Translations under genes and position numbers: made by a program
From: a virus
Direction: 5' to 3' (one strand)
Virus genome (UHGV): UHGV-0109417
Length of the DNA: 14,709 nucleotides
The notes under the pieces: generated by a model
Database searches by the model: none
The model's input: only the letters and a program-made list of their open reading frames with translations
Told to the model about the DNA's origin: nothing
In this document: piece after piece, positions 7,255-14,709 of the stretch
How the letters are laid out: each line of letters starts with the position of its first letter
Numbering within the stretch: position 1 is the stretch's first letter

Positions 7255-8121
7255 ATGGAAAACACTGGCTTACACGATGTTAATTTTTCACTTAGATATG
7301 ACGGTTTGGATGCTGAAAAGCATGAGATTGAACTTTCTTCGCTCGGTGAATCGCTAAAGGGATTTTCGAAGATATTAGCTACAGCTGGAACCTTCGCATT
7401 AACCCAAAAGTACTCGCGAAGCACCTCAACTCAAGAGGTTAAAATTTACGCTACCGAAGCTAGGGCCAATTGTTTTTCTCTTGATACTATCATGAATTTT
7501 ATCAGTCAGTCTCAATTGTTCTCAGGGTCTGCGGGGGCTATACTTGGCGCATTAGTGCCTTATATCTTCGCTAAAAACTCGCAGAAGAAAGAGGAAATGA
7601 AATACCTAAAAGAAGCACTTGAGAAGGCAATTGAGGCCCTCGGAAATAAAGATAAAGATACCATCTCAGGTCTAATCTCAGTGATTGACAAGATGGCTAG
7701 TGAGTTACGCCCATCAGTTAGACAGGCAGTTTCCCCCATCGGTACCACCTGTAATAAGATAAGCGTCACACCGGGGAATGGTTTCAAGCCTGCTGTAATT
7801 GATGAGCAAGATAAAGCAGTAATAGACCAGTTGGACGACGACGAAGTTCTTGGCTTAAGGGAGTATCGAATCTTCCTTACTGAATTCGACGCTCACCGAA
7901 TGACCGCTAAAGTCATTATAGAAGGTGATGATTCAGATAAGCGCATCTCAGCACAAATAAGCGATCCATCTGCTTCAAAGGCAGACAACCCGTATCTCAT
8001 TTCACTTAGTCGTTTTCTGTCAACGGGTCTAAGTCATGAGTCAGCGGTAAAAGTAACTGCCAAAGCAGCAGTTAGAAAAGGGGCTATTAGTAAACTTTTC
8101 ATAGTTGATATTGAGCTTTAA
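7255..8121 (+). CDS. Hypothetical protein (288 aa) in the rexAB-equivalent slot downstream of cI; candidate exclusion/defence gene
   Basis: ATG at 7255 with AAGGA RBS, 47 bp after the cI stop and on the same strand. Ends at a strong intrinsic terminator. AT-richer than cI. No similarity to RexA or RexB recognised and no obvious multi-pass TM segments. Confidence 0.8.
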   Translation: MENTGLHDVNFSLRYDGLDAEKHEIELSSLGESLKGFSKILATAGTFALTQKYSRSTSTQEVKIYATEARANCFSLDTIMNFISQSQLFSGSAGAILGALVPYIFAKNSQKKEEMKYLKEALEKAIEALGNKDKDTISGLISVIDKMASELRPSVRQAVSPIGTTCNKISVTPGNGFKPAVIDEQDKAVIDQLDDDEVLGLREYRIFLTEFDAHRMTAKVIIEGDDSDKRISAQISDPSASKADNPYLISLSRFLSTGLSHESAVKVTAKAAVRKGAISKLFIVDIEL

Positions 8122-8124
8122 CAA

Positions 8125-8147
8125 CCGGCCACCGCGCCGGGTTTTTT
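8125..8147 (+). terminator. Intrinsic terminator ending the cI operon
   Basis: Stem CCGGC/GCCGG (8125-8129/8136-8140) with loop CACCGC, followed by GTTTTTTG. Confidence 0.75.
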
Positions 8148-8151
8148 GTGC

Positions 8152-8370
8152 CTACTTCACAGCTTTACTACCCTTCCTGACTATCTCAGCTGCATCCCGT
8201 AGCATCCCCTTATGGATCACGTTTCCTACGGCTTTGCGCTTCCCTTCCAGAAATCCCACAATGTTGTCCTTATTGATTTCAATTCCGTTATAAACCAGCT
8301 CGAACACTACGCACCCAACCTCTCCAGCCATGAAGGCCATTCGTTCATCTGCACGTTCATCTCGTTCCAT
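8152..8370 (-). CDS. Hypothetical small protein (72 aa), convergent with the 288-aa gene
   Basis: ATG at 8370 preceded by a strong SD (CAGGAGG, 6-nt spacer); translation begins MERDERADERMAFMAGEVG.... Its upstream region overlaps OL. Confidence 0.5.
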   Translation of the reverse strand: MERDERADERMAFMAGEVGCVVFELVYNGIEINKDNIVGFLEGKRKAVGNVIHKGMLRDAAEIVRKGSKAVK

Positions 8371-8412
8371 AGCTACCTCCTGATGTTTTTTGCAGCATAG
8401 CACGTACTGCAC

Positions 8413-8520
8413 AAATCCATAACAGAACTAAATTAACCAATAAATCATAACCTTAATAACCAATGGCAAAATAATTAACCAACGGTTATTGACTGAAAAT
8501 AACCATTAGTTAATAATCAG
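8413..8520. promoter_or_regulatory. OL operator / PL promoter region
   Basis: Palindrome TTAACC-AAC-GGTTAT (8475-8489) and further TAACC/GTTA half-sites like those in OR. Plus-strand promoter TTGACT (8489-8494), 16-bp spacer, TAATAA (8511-8516). Confidence 0.6.
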
Positions 8521-8582
8521 CTCATCGAAACGAAACATCGACAGCTGAGCGAAGTTAGCCAGCGGCGGACAGCAAGTCGCCT

Positions 8583-8603
8583 GCTTCTTTAACAAATCAG
8601 ACT
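8583..8603 (+). promoter_or_regulatory. boxA-like antitermination element (nutL position)
   Basis: TGCTTCTTTAACAAATCAGAC, about 60 nt downstream of the putative PL start, resembles consensus boxA (CGCTCTTTAACAA) and the rrn leader boxA from memory. Confidence 0.5.
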
Positions 8604-9143
8604 GAGTGACAGGCAAGCCGTAGCTCTCCTGGCAAAAAGAAATGGCACCCGATGGGATCGAGGTAAGCACTGAGTCCGTATGCGTACGGTAGGTGTAGAG
8701 GACCACGCTGCGATGAGCTGATAAGTCACTCAATTTGAAGCGCTCCGATGATGGGGCGCTGATTCAACTTAGAGGAGTGATTCCAATGAAGAACTAAAGC
8801 GGACAGACCGCAGCCTAAAGGCAATGCAGCAGTAATGATGCCGCCCTGAGTCGCCGAATGGCGAGCCTGTGTAGTGATGGGTCAAGGTTCTTATATCAAA
8901 ACAAGCTCCGGTAAAGCAGCGAGAACGCCAGACGCGCACCGGTTATGAGCGGCGATGAGCGACAAGGTCTCAAGGGCATGTGCGCGGCCACTGCGAGAGT
9001 GTGGCGAAGTTTACCAGCAGCTCTTTGCGAGGGGCTGACGGTAAACAAAAAGAGGAGTGTGTATGGCAGATAAAAAAACGGCGCCACTACTGCTTAACGT
9101 AGACGCCAGCGAGGTACTTACTCAGACCGGGGAGCTTTTAAAG

Positions 9144-9365
9144 TTACTTGAACTTCCAGCCAGTTCCTTTCAGGGAATTCCTGAGCATGTCGTCGATCTG
9201 TTTTTTGACCGTGTCCGTGGCCTGATTGACAACATCGTCCTTAGTGATTTCTCGACCACAGTCAGCACAACTGACGCCGGTGAAATTTGTCTCAAAGTCA
9301 AAATCATCGGGCTGGTTGAACATCTCACTTCCGCAGTCAGGGCACACGGTCCGCATGGTTTGCAT
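9144..9365 (-). CDS. Small zinc-ribbon protein (CPDCG...CADCG), 73 aa
   Basis: ATG at 9365 preceded by AAGGA. Two CxxC pairs spaced 14 residues apart. Codon usage is better than that of the antisense plus-strand ORF 9057-9404. Confidence 0.6.
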   Translation of the reverse strand: MQTMRTVCPDCGSEMFNQPDDFDFETNFTGVSCADCGREITKDDVVNQATDTVKKQIDDMLRNSLKGTGWKFK

Positions 9366-9503
9366 GAATATATCCTTTCTACTGTTGGGGAGATTAAAGA
9401 GTAAGCGATTTCTTGCTGTTGGGGAATAGCGGGAAAGCGCGCGCCGGGCGCGGATAAATACCCCGGCACTAACTGGAATGTTTTGGGCTGGCAGACGGTT
9501 ATC

Positions 9504-9540
9504 AGCTAGTTGGTGAGGTAATGGCTCACCAAGGCGACGA
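9504..9540 (+). other. 16S rRNA helix-11-like segment forming a perfect hairpin
   Basis: AGCTAGTTGGTGAGGTAATGGCTCACCAAGGCGACGA matches, from memory, the conserved 16S region around E. coli positions 240-290, in a non-enterobacterial variant with compensatory changes. Stem TTGGTGAG/CTCACCAA with loop GTAATGG. Flanks (about 9450-9585) show weaker 16S-like similarity. Confidence 0.45.
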
Positions 9541-9623
9541 CGGCCTTCCCTGCTGCTTGAAAGCGGGGAGCCAGCACCAAAACATTTCTCCCGCATCAGC
9601 GGGTAACGACAGAGGGTAAGGGG

Positions 9624-9920
9624 ATGATCGACGACATCAAGCGCATCGACTCAATGATAAATGCGCTTCGCAATATGAAACAGGACATCAAGCGTCAGCA
9701 GAAACTAAGTGAAATAAACAGTTTAGACCTGTCGCCGAAGCAAGCTCAAAAGCGCAATGCCGATGCTGACTGGATTGCGATGGAACAGATTAAGCGTCGG
9801 CATGAGCTGCACGCTCTGTCTGTTGAGCTTGGGTTCGCTGAGCGCCGGGAAAGTTATGCTCCATTTGAATTAACTGACGGGTGGCACCGATTCGACCACA
9901 AGCCGCGCGAACCTCAATAG
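9624..9920 (+). CDS. Hypothetical protein (98 aa), first clear ORF of the early-left operon
   Basis: ATG preceded by a purine-rich SD (AGGGTAAGGGG). Followed immediately by an intrinsic terminator. Not Arg-rich-motif N-like. Confidence 0.6.
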   Translation: MIDDIKRIDSMINALRNMKQDIKRQQKLSEINSLDLSPKQAQKRNADADWIAMEQIKRRHELHALSVELGFAERRESYAPFELTDGWHRFDHKPREPQ

Positions 9921-9941
9921 CCGCCTAACCAGCGGCTTTTT
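9919..9941 (+). terminator. Intrinsic terminator inside the early-left operon
   Basis: Stem AGCCGC/GCGGCT (9919-9924/9932-9937) with loop CTAACCA, followed by TTTT. Confidence 0.55.
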
Positions 9942-10075
9942 CATACCTGGAGTCATTTACGAGTGGCTCAAGTTATGACAATCGGCGGCCATCCACCGCC
10001 CATTGAAACACTGAATAAATGCGTTGAAGTCTTGTATTAACCGTTCCGTTCGCCGCGATAAGGCCAAGAGGATTT

Positions 10076-10234
10076 ATGACAGTCACCCACAACGGCAAGC
10101 AGTACACAGCCAAAAAGCTCAACGATAACGAGTGGCAGCTGACGTCGGTGTCGGCACCGCGTGAAAAACTGGTGCTTAACCGCTGGCAGATGCATGTTGC
10201 CGGACTTCTTGAGCAGGTGGAGAAACAATCATGA
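10076..10234 (+). CDS. Hypothetical small protein (52 aa)
   Basis: ATG at 10076 preceded by AAGAGG. Stop overlaps the next start (ATGA). Not in the ORF track. Confidence 0.4.
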   Translation: MTVTHNGKQYTAKKLNDNEWQLTSVSAPREKLVLNRWQMHVAGLLEQVEKQS

Positions 10235-10403
10235 CCATCAATCACCAGTTACTCCGTATGGCCCAGCAGAAAGCCCGTGACGCCATTGCACAACGCAACG
10301 GCACCAAGTGGATGGAAGCCAACGAAGAGATGAAGATAGCCGCTGGCATGCCGTGGTATCGCGGTAATTCGAATCAGCGTGGAGGCGAGCATGCAGAAGT
10401 TTG
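10230..10403 (+). CDS. Hypothetical small protein (57 aa)
   Basis: ATGA overlap with the upstream ORF; translation MTINHQLLRMAQQKARDAIAQRNGTKWMEAN.... 3' end overlaps the next gene's start. Confidence 0.4.
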
Positions 10404-10612
10404 AATATTTCGTGATGGATGGTCGTGCCCAATATGACCTTGAGCGAGCGGCAGTGTTCGAAGCGCTGGGCCAAAAAGAACCGTCGAAAAAGAGCCTGCA
10501 GCGAGACTGGGGAGATATGGGCGCATTTCTTGTGCGCGCTCCGGTAATCAGTGAGGACGCATCAGGCAATTCCCGATGCGGTGCTTTCGAAGTAGTCCGT
10601 GAAATCCAGTAA
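10391..10612 (+). CDS. Hypothetical small protein (73 aa)
   Basis: ATG at 10391 preceded by GGAGG (5-nt spacer). The track's 10379 start is GTG. Confidence 0.5.
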   Translation: MQKFEYFVMDGRAQYDLERAAVFEALGQKEPSKKSLQRDWGDMGAFLVRAPVISEDASGNSRCGAFEVVREIQ

Positions 10613-10681
10613 TCCCCCACCCCATTTCACATCTGGCAGCCAATCGCCGGGTGACGCACATTCTGATTTCAGGAGTAACCC

Positions 10682-11653
10682 ATGAGTGAAGCAACGGATT
10701 TAGTCGTCATAGAGAAGTCGAACGCGATGGCAGTCTTTACCAGCAAAGAGCAGCTCGACCCGCTTCTCGAGAAAATCGAGACAGAGGCCCGCAGCCTGGT
10801 ACCCGACCTGACCACTAAGAAAGGTCGCGACGCCATCGCATCAATGGCCCACAAGGTCGCCCGCTCGAAAACGTACATCGACAACGCCGGTAAAGACCTC
10901 GTTGCAGAGCTCAAGGCATTGCCCAAGCAGATCGACGAAAGCCGCCGAATTGTGCGTGAGCGACTCGACGCGCTGAAAGATGAAGTTCGCCGCCCGCTGA
11001 CCGAGTGGGAAGCCGAACAGGAGCGCATTAAAGCCGAAGAGGAAATGAATGCGTGGCATGCCGAAGCTCTGGAGATGAACGCAGAGTTCGATCGCCAACT
11101 GGCAGCACGACGCGAAGCAGACCACGAAATGGCTCTGCTGATGAATGACAAGTTTGACCGTGACCGCGAAGAGCAGCGCCGCCAGGCGGAACAGGCACAG
11201 CGTGAACGTGACGAGCGTCTGAAGCAGGAAGCGGCAGAACAAGCCCGCCGCGATGCCGAAGCGAAGCACAAAGCGGAGATTGAAGCCGCAGCACGCCGTG
11301 AAGCTGAAGAGAAAGCGCGTGCAGAGCTGGCAGAGCGCCAGCGCATCGAAACGGAGCAGCGTGCGGAACGCGAGAAGCAGGAAGCGGAAGCGCGGGCGGA
11401 ACGGGAAAAAGCCGCGGCAGTGGAAACTGAGCGCCTCAAGGCAAAACAGGCAGAAGAAGCCCGCCTGGCTGAAGAGAAGCGCATCGCCGACGAACAGGCT
11501 AAGCGCGAAGCTGACGTGAAGCACCGCAAGACGGTCGGCACCAACATCGTTAACGCGCTCACCAGCCACACCAGCTTAACTCGCGAACAGGCTATCGAAG
11601 TGCTCACCGCTCTGAAAGATGACCTGATCCCCTGCGCGAAAATTCATTACTGA
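10682..11653 (+). CDS. Hypothetical 323-aa protein with a long E/R/A/K/Q-rich charged helical central region
   Basis: Long ORF with ATG at 10682 directly upstream of gam-like/bet/exo. Central ~160 aa are low-complexity charged heptad-like repeats; the N- and C-terminal ~80 aa are ordinary. Confidence 0.8.
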   Translation: MSEATDLVVIEKSNAMAVFTSKEQLDPLLEKIETEARSLVPDLTTKKGRDAIASMAHKVARSKTYIDNAGKDLVAELKALPKQIDESRRIVRERLDALKDEVRRPLTEWEAEQERIKAEEEMNAWHAEALEMNAEFDRQLAARREADHEMALLMNDKFDRDREEQRRQAEQAQRERDERLKQEAAEQARRDAEAKHKAEIEAAARREAEEKARAELAERQRIETEQRAEREKQEAEARAEREKAAAVETERLKAKQAEEARLAEEKRIADEQAKREADVKHRKTVGTNIVNALTSHTSLTREQAIEVLTALKDDLIPCAKIHY

Positions 11654-11660
11654 GGCAACC

Positions 11661-11945
11661 ATGAACGCATACCTCACTTACGACCGCATCGAAGATCGGC
11701 GCTGGGTTGAGCAACAGCTCACCGACGAGAAAGAGAAGTGGATCAATGACCGGGCGCAGAAAATCATCGACATGATGCCAAAAGAACCGTCCGGCCTCTT
11801 CCACTTCACTGTCCCGATTGACTCCAGCCCATACGAAGGACTTCGCAGCGATGACGCTGGAAAGGCCTACAACGATTTCATTTCGGCAGTTGCTTACGCC
11901 CAGGCGGAATACGACTGGGAACACCGTACCGGCTGCCCGTTTTAA
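11661..11945 (+). CDS. gam: Gam-like protein (putative RecBCD inhibitor)
   Basis: 94-aa ORF MNAYLTYDRIEDRRW...EKEKW... resembles the start of lambda GamS (MNAYYIQDRLEAQSW...EEKEA...). Sits immediately upstream of the bet/exo pair. Confidence 0.6.
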   Translation: MNAYLTYDRIEDRRWVEQQLTDEKEKWINDRAQKIIDMMPKEPSGLFHFTVPIDSSPYEGLRSDDAGKAYNDFISAVAYAQAEYDWEHRTGCPF

Positions 11946-11963
11946 TTTTTGAGGGGATTAACG

Positions 11964-12809
11964 ATGGCAAACGAATTAACAATCACAGCGACGTCGCTTC
12001 AGGAGATAGGCGTCGACGTCTCCACCTGGAGCGCGCTGAAGAACAGCATCTACCCTGGCGCCAAAGACGAATCGGTAATGATGGCGCTTGACTACTGCCG
12101 AGCCCGCCAGCTGGATCCGTTGCTCAAACCTGTCCACCTCGTTCCGATGTACGTCAAAGACTCGAAAACAGGTAAAGGCGACTGGCGAGACGTGGTCATG
12201 CCGGGCATCGGGCTTTACCGCATTCAGGCAGACCGTTCCGGCGATTATGCCGGGGCTCGGGAGCCTGAGTTCGGGCCCGACGTAACTCAGACGCTAACTG
12301 GCGTCGAGGTGACCTTCCCTCAGTGGTGCAAATACACCGTCTACAAGCGCATGCCCAGCGGCGAGATCGTCGAGTTCAGCGCCAAAGAATACTGGATTGA
12401 AAACTACGCCACCGGCGGCCGCGACACCACGGCGCCGAATGCAATGTGGAAAAAACGCCCATACGGCCAACTGGCGAAATGCGCAGAAGCCCAGGCATTA
12501 CGTAAGGCATGGCCTGAGATTGGACAGCAGCCTACCGCTGAAGAAATGGAAGGCAAATCGCTGGACGTTGATATTCGTGACGTCACCCCGCGCAGCACCA
12601 CAGAAGCGCTTCCACCAGCAGCAAGCGAAGAAACGCTCCAGGCGATAACCGATCTCTTAACGACCCTGGATAAAGACTGGGAGAAAGACTTCCTCCCTGT
12701 GTGCAGCGACATCTTCAAGCGGCCAATTCTTGAGGCGTCAGACCTCACTGAAGAAGAGGCACAGAAAGGGTTCAACTTCCTTCAGAAAAAAGCTAAGGCG
12801 GCAGCATGA
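11964..12809 (+). CDS. Single-strand annealing recombinase with lambda Bet-type C-terminal tail
   Basis: ATG at 11964 with GAGGGG RBS; the track start 11949 is TTG. C-terminal ...[43 protein letters not shown]...[10 protein letters not shown] parallels the lambda Bet C-terminus; the N-terminal core is divergent. Translationally coupled to exo. Confidence 0.8.
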   Translation: MANELTITATSLQEIGVDVSTWSALKNSIYPGAKDESVMMALDYCRARQLDPLLKPVHLVPMYVKDSKTGKGDWRDVVMPGIGLYRIQADRSGDYAGAREPEFGPDVTQTLTGVEVTFPQWCKYTVYKRMPSGEIVEFSAKEYWIENYATGGRDTTAPNAMWKKRPYGQLAKCAEAQALRKAWPEIGQQPTAEEMEGKSLDVDIRDVTPRSTTEALPPAASEETLQAITDLLTTLDKDWEKDFLPVCSDIFKRPILEASDLTEEEAQKGFNFLQKKAKAAA

Positions 12810-13486
12810 CACCCGAAATTATCCTGTCCAGGACCGGTATTGACGTAACTACTATCCAACAGGGCGATGAGGCGTGGCACCGGCTGCGCCTCGGCGTTAT
12901 CACAGCCTCCGAAGTGCATAACGTCATAGCCAAGCCAAGATCGGGGAAGAAGTGGACAGACATGAAAATGTCCTACTTTCACACCTTGCTCGCCGAGGTA
13001 TGCACAGGCGTGGCGCCAGAGGTTAACGCCAAGGCGCTGGCCTGGGGCAAGCAGTACGAGGAAGACGCCCGCACCCTCTTCGAGTTCACCACGGATGTGA
13101 AAGTCACGGAGTCTCCGATCCTGTTCCGTGACGAGAGCATGCGCACCGCATGCTCCCCTGACGGCCTGTGCAGTAACGGGTTCGGTCTTGAGCTTAAATG
13201 CCCGTTCACCTCCCGCGACTTCATGAAATTCCGCCTTGGCGGTTTCGAAGCCATCAAGTCTGCGTATATGGCCCAGGTGCAGTACAGCATGTGGGTGACC
13301 GGGAAAGAAGCCTGGTTCTTTGCCAACTACGACCCACGAATGAAGCGAGAAGGCATTCACCATGTCGTTGTTGAACGGGATCCGCAGTACATGACCGATT
13401 TCAACGAAATGGTGCCGGAGTTCATCGAGAAGATGGACGAGGCGCTGGCGGAGATCGGATTCACGTTCGGGGAGCAGTGGAAATGA
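12806..13486 (+). CDS. exo: Lambda-type 5'-3' exonuclease (Exo/RedA)
   Basis: 226-aa [53 protein letters not shown]... is near-identical to lambda Exo along its full length from memory. Confidence 0.93.
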   Translation: MTPEIILSRTGIDVTTIQQGDEAWHRLRLGVITASEVHNVIAKPRSGKKWTDMKMSYFHTLLAEVCTGVAPEVNAKALAWGKQYEEDARTLFEFTTDVKVTESPILFRDESMRTACSPDGLCSNGFGLELKCPFTSRDFMKFRLGGFEAIKSAYMAQVQYSMWVTGKEAWFFANYDPRMKREGIHHVVVERDPQYMTDFNEMVPEFIEKMDEALAEIGFTFGEQWK

Positions 13487-13641
13487 AACATTACCGCGAC
13501 GCCATAACCGTAGGAAAAGTGAAGTGCATGTACTCCGTCCTTCATCGTGGCTGGCTAATGCCATCTGGTGAAGTGGTAAGAAACCCGTTAAAGGCTCAGC
13601 GGATGGCTGAAGAGCTGGCCACGAAAAGAGGTGCGCAATGA
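13483..13641 (+). CDS. Hypothetical small protein (52 aa) coupled between exo and the methyltransferase
   Basis: ATG overlaps the exo stop (ATGA) and its stop overlaps the methyltransferase start (ATGA). Not in the ORF track. Confidence 0.4.
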   Translation: MKHYRDAITVGKVKCMYSVLHRGWLMPSGEVVRNPLKAQRMAEELATKRGAQ

Positions 13642-14165
13642 CTGATTATGGCGGATCGAAAACTCCAAAAAATGAACGTGACTACTGGCAAACACCGATT
13701 GAAATTTTCAACGCGCTCGACCGCGAGTTTGGCTTCTGGCTGGATGCTGCAGCCTCTGAGAGTAATGCGCTATGCGCTCACTATCTCACTGAGCTGGATG
13801 ACTCGCTGAACAGCGAATGGACGTCATGCGGCGCGATCTGGTGCAACCCACCCTATTCCGATATCGGCCCGTGGGTGGAAAAGGCTGCTGAGCAATCCCG
13901 GGCGCAGTCTCAGGCCGTAGTGATGCTGTTACCTGCTGACATCTCTACTGGCTGGTTTATTTCAGCCATGCAATCAGCTGATGAACTCAGACTCATAACC
14001 GGCGGCCGTGTTCAGTTTGTTCCGGCATCCGTTACAGGAAAGCGCCAGAGCAACCCTAAAGGCTCGCTCCTGTTTATCTGGCGCCCGTACATCACCCCGC
14101 GACACATCATCACGATCGTATCGCTGGCTGAGTTAAAGCGGATCGGGAATCTGGAGGCAGCATGA
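13638..14165 (+). CDS. Phage Dam-family DNA N6-adenine methyltransferase
   Basis: 175-aa ORF with WQTPIEIFNAL...FGF.LDAAAS...WCNPPYS; the NPPY motif and size fit the small phage Dam family. Confidence 0.85.
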   Translation: MTDYGGSKTPKNERDYWQTPIEIFNALDREFGFWLDAAASESNALCAHYLTELDDSLNSEWTSCGAIWCNPPYSDIGPWVEKAAEQSRAQSQAVVMLLPADISTGWFISAMQSADELRLITGGRVQFVPASVTGKRQSNPKGSLLFIWRPYITPRHIITIVSLAELKRIGNLEAA

Positions 14166-14380
14166 CGCCAGAAATAGAAAACGTTATGCGCAATCAGGGG
14201 CGCCAATGCGTTGATGAAATCCGCCGCGCCCTGAAGGCCAAGCCAAAACCGAAATGGAATGAGGTGGTGCCACCGATCCTCAAAAAGCACCACGAAAAAA
14301 TTAAGCCAATGGGCATCAGCCTTACGGCATTCGTCAGCAGCATTGGCCGCATGAATGGGCGGTATGGAGTGGAATCATGA
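14162..14380 (+). CDS. Hypothetical protein (72 aa)
   Basis: ORF with ATGA overlaps at both ends, within the operon. Confidence 0.55.
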   Translation: MTPEIENVMRNQGRQCVDEIRRALKAKPKPKWNEVVPPILKKHHEKIKPMGISLTAFVSSIGRMNGRYGVES

Positions 14381-14709
14381 AGGTAGAAAAAAGCGATGTT
14401 CTGGCATTTACCATTTCCGATGTTGAACGCCTCGACCCTGTCAGGGTGGTGATTGAAAACTACGAGCCAGGAAAGGGGCGCATCACTGTAACCTGCTTCG
14501 GAAAGGCGTGGACCGGTGCCTGGTTTGCTATGGGCGGAGACAACGTTCAGGAGTTCATTAAGCGTGTCAGCAATGGCTACCTTATCGGCTATTTCGACCC
14601 GCAACTGCAAAGCACAGTTGATGATGATAACGACGCCAACCTTGAATTTGTAAAGGGTGAAATCATCAAACTCCGGCGTCAGCAGGAAATCGATGCTGAG
14701 GAGGCCAGG
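14377..14709 (+). CDS. Hypothetical protein, 5' partial (runs off the window end)
   Basis: ATG at 14377 overlaps the upstream stop; open for 111 codons to the window edge (MKVEKSDVLAFTISDVERLDP...). Confidence 0.5.
   Translation, partial: MKVEKSDVLAFTISDVERLDPVRVVIENYEPGKGRITVTCFGKAWTGAWFAMGGDNVQEFIKRVSNGYLIGYFDPQLQSTVDDDNDANLEFVKGEIIKLRRQQEIDAEEAR

Noticed and set aside
6873-7424. Minus-strand 183-aa ORF overlapping cI
   Set aside because: Antisense to the CI repressor, which has clear HTH and S24 peptidase motifs. No independent start signals.
8111-8123. Second boxA-like sequence (TGAGCTTTAACAA) just before the cI-operon terminator
   Set aside because: It overlaps the last codons and stop of the 288-aa gene and deviates from consensus at two core positions, so it is most likely coincidental.
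8540-8582. Possible rrn-leader boxB-like similarity upstream of the boxA-like element
   Set aside because: Shared short words (GCTGAG, GCGAAG, CGGC) but no stable conserved hairpin could be drawn; too weak to call without an alignment.
8506-9087. Minus-strand ORFs 8506-8733 and 8896-9087
   Set aside because: No RBS and S/T/C/P-rich compositions. They lie in the PL leader and would be antisense to the PL transcript.
9057-9404. Plus-strand 115-aa ORF with strong RBS (AGGAG-7-ATG at 9063), considered as a possible N analogue
   Set aside because: Overlaps the zinc-ribbon gene on the other strand. It is rich in CTT/CTA/TTA leucine codons (mirror of AAG/TAG/TAA) and has no Arg-rich motif. Kept as an open alternative in the findings rather than called.
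9144-9596. Extended 150-aa version of the minus-strand ORF (MREKCF...)
   Set aside because: The upstream extension is Arg/Ser/Pro-rich and runs antisense through the 16S-like element. The internal ATG at 9365 with RBS gives a compact zinc-ribbon protein.
10669-11607. Minus-strand 312-aa and 242-aa ORFs
   Set aside because: Mirror ORFs generated by the low-complexity GAA/GCG-rich coiled-coil coding region of the 323-aa plus-strand gene. Ser/Ala/Arg/Cys-rich, not protein-like.
12782-13564. Minus-strand 260-aa ORF
   Set aside because: Antisense to the near-lambda-identical exo gene.

Overview
This window is the early/immunity region of a lambdoid (lambda/DLP12-like) prophage, in the opposite orientation to the conventional lambda map. 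The minus strand carries the rightward operon: cro, cII, O (with ori iterons), P, a truncated ren, a roughly 1.7 kb AT-rich moron, then ybcN, ninE, ybcO, rusA, ylcG and Q, followed by a late promoter/terminator region and a truncated lipocalin fragment. The plus strand carries cI, an unrecognised 288-aa gene in the rexAB slot with its own terminator, the OL/PL region with a boxA-like element, and an early-left operon ending in gam-like, Bet-tailed recombinase, exo and a Dam-type methyltransferase. No integrase, att site, lysis or structural genes are in the window. The candidates I rate highest for novelty are the lysogen-expressed 288-aa gene after cI, the PL leader that lacks any recognisable N protein yet carries a boxA and a 16S rRNA helix-11-like hairpin, and the moron replacing the 3' end of ren. 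All protein identifications are from recalled sequence similarity and gene order, not from database searches.
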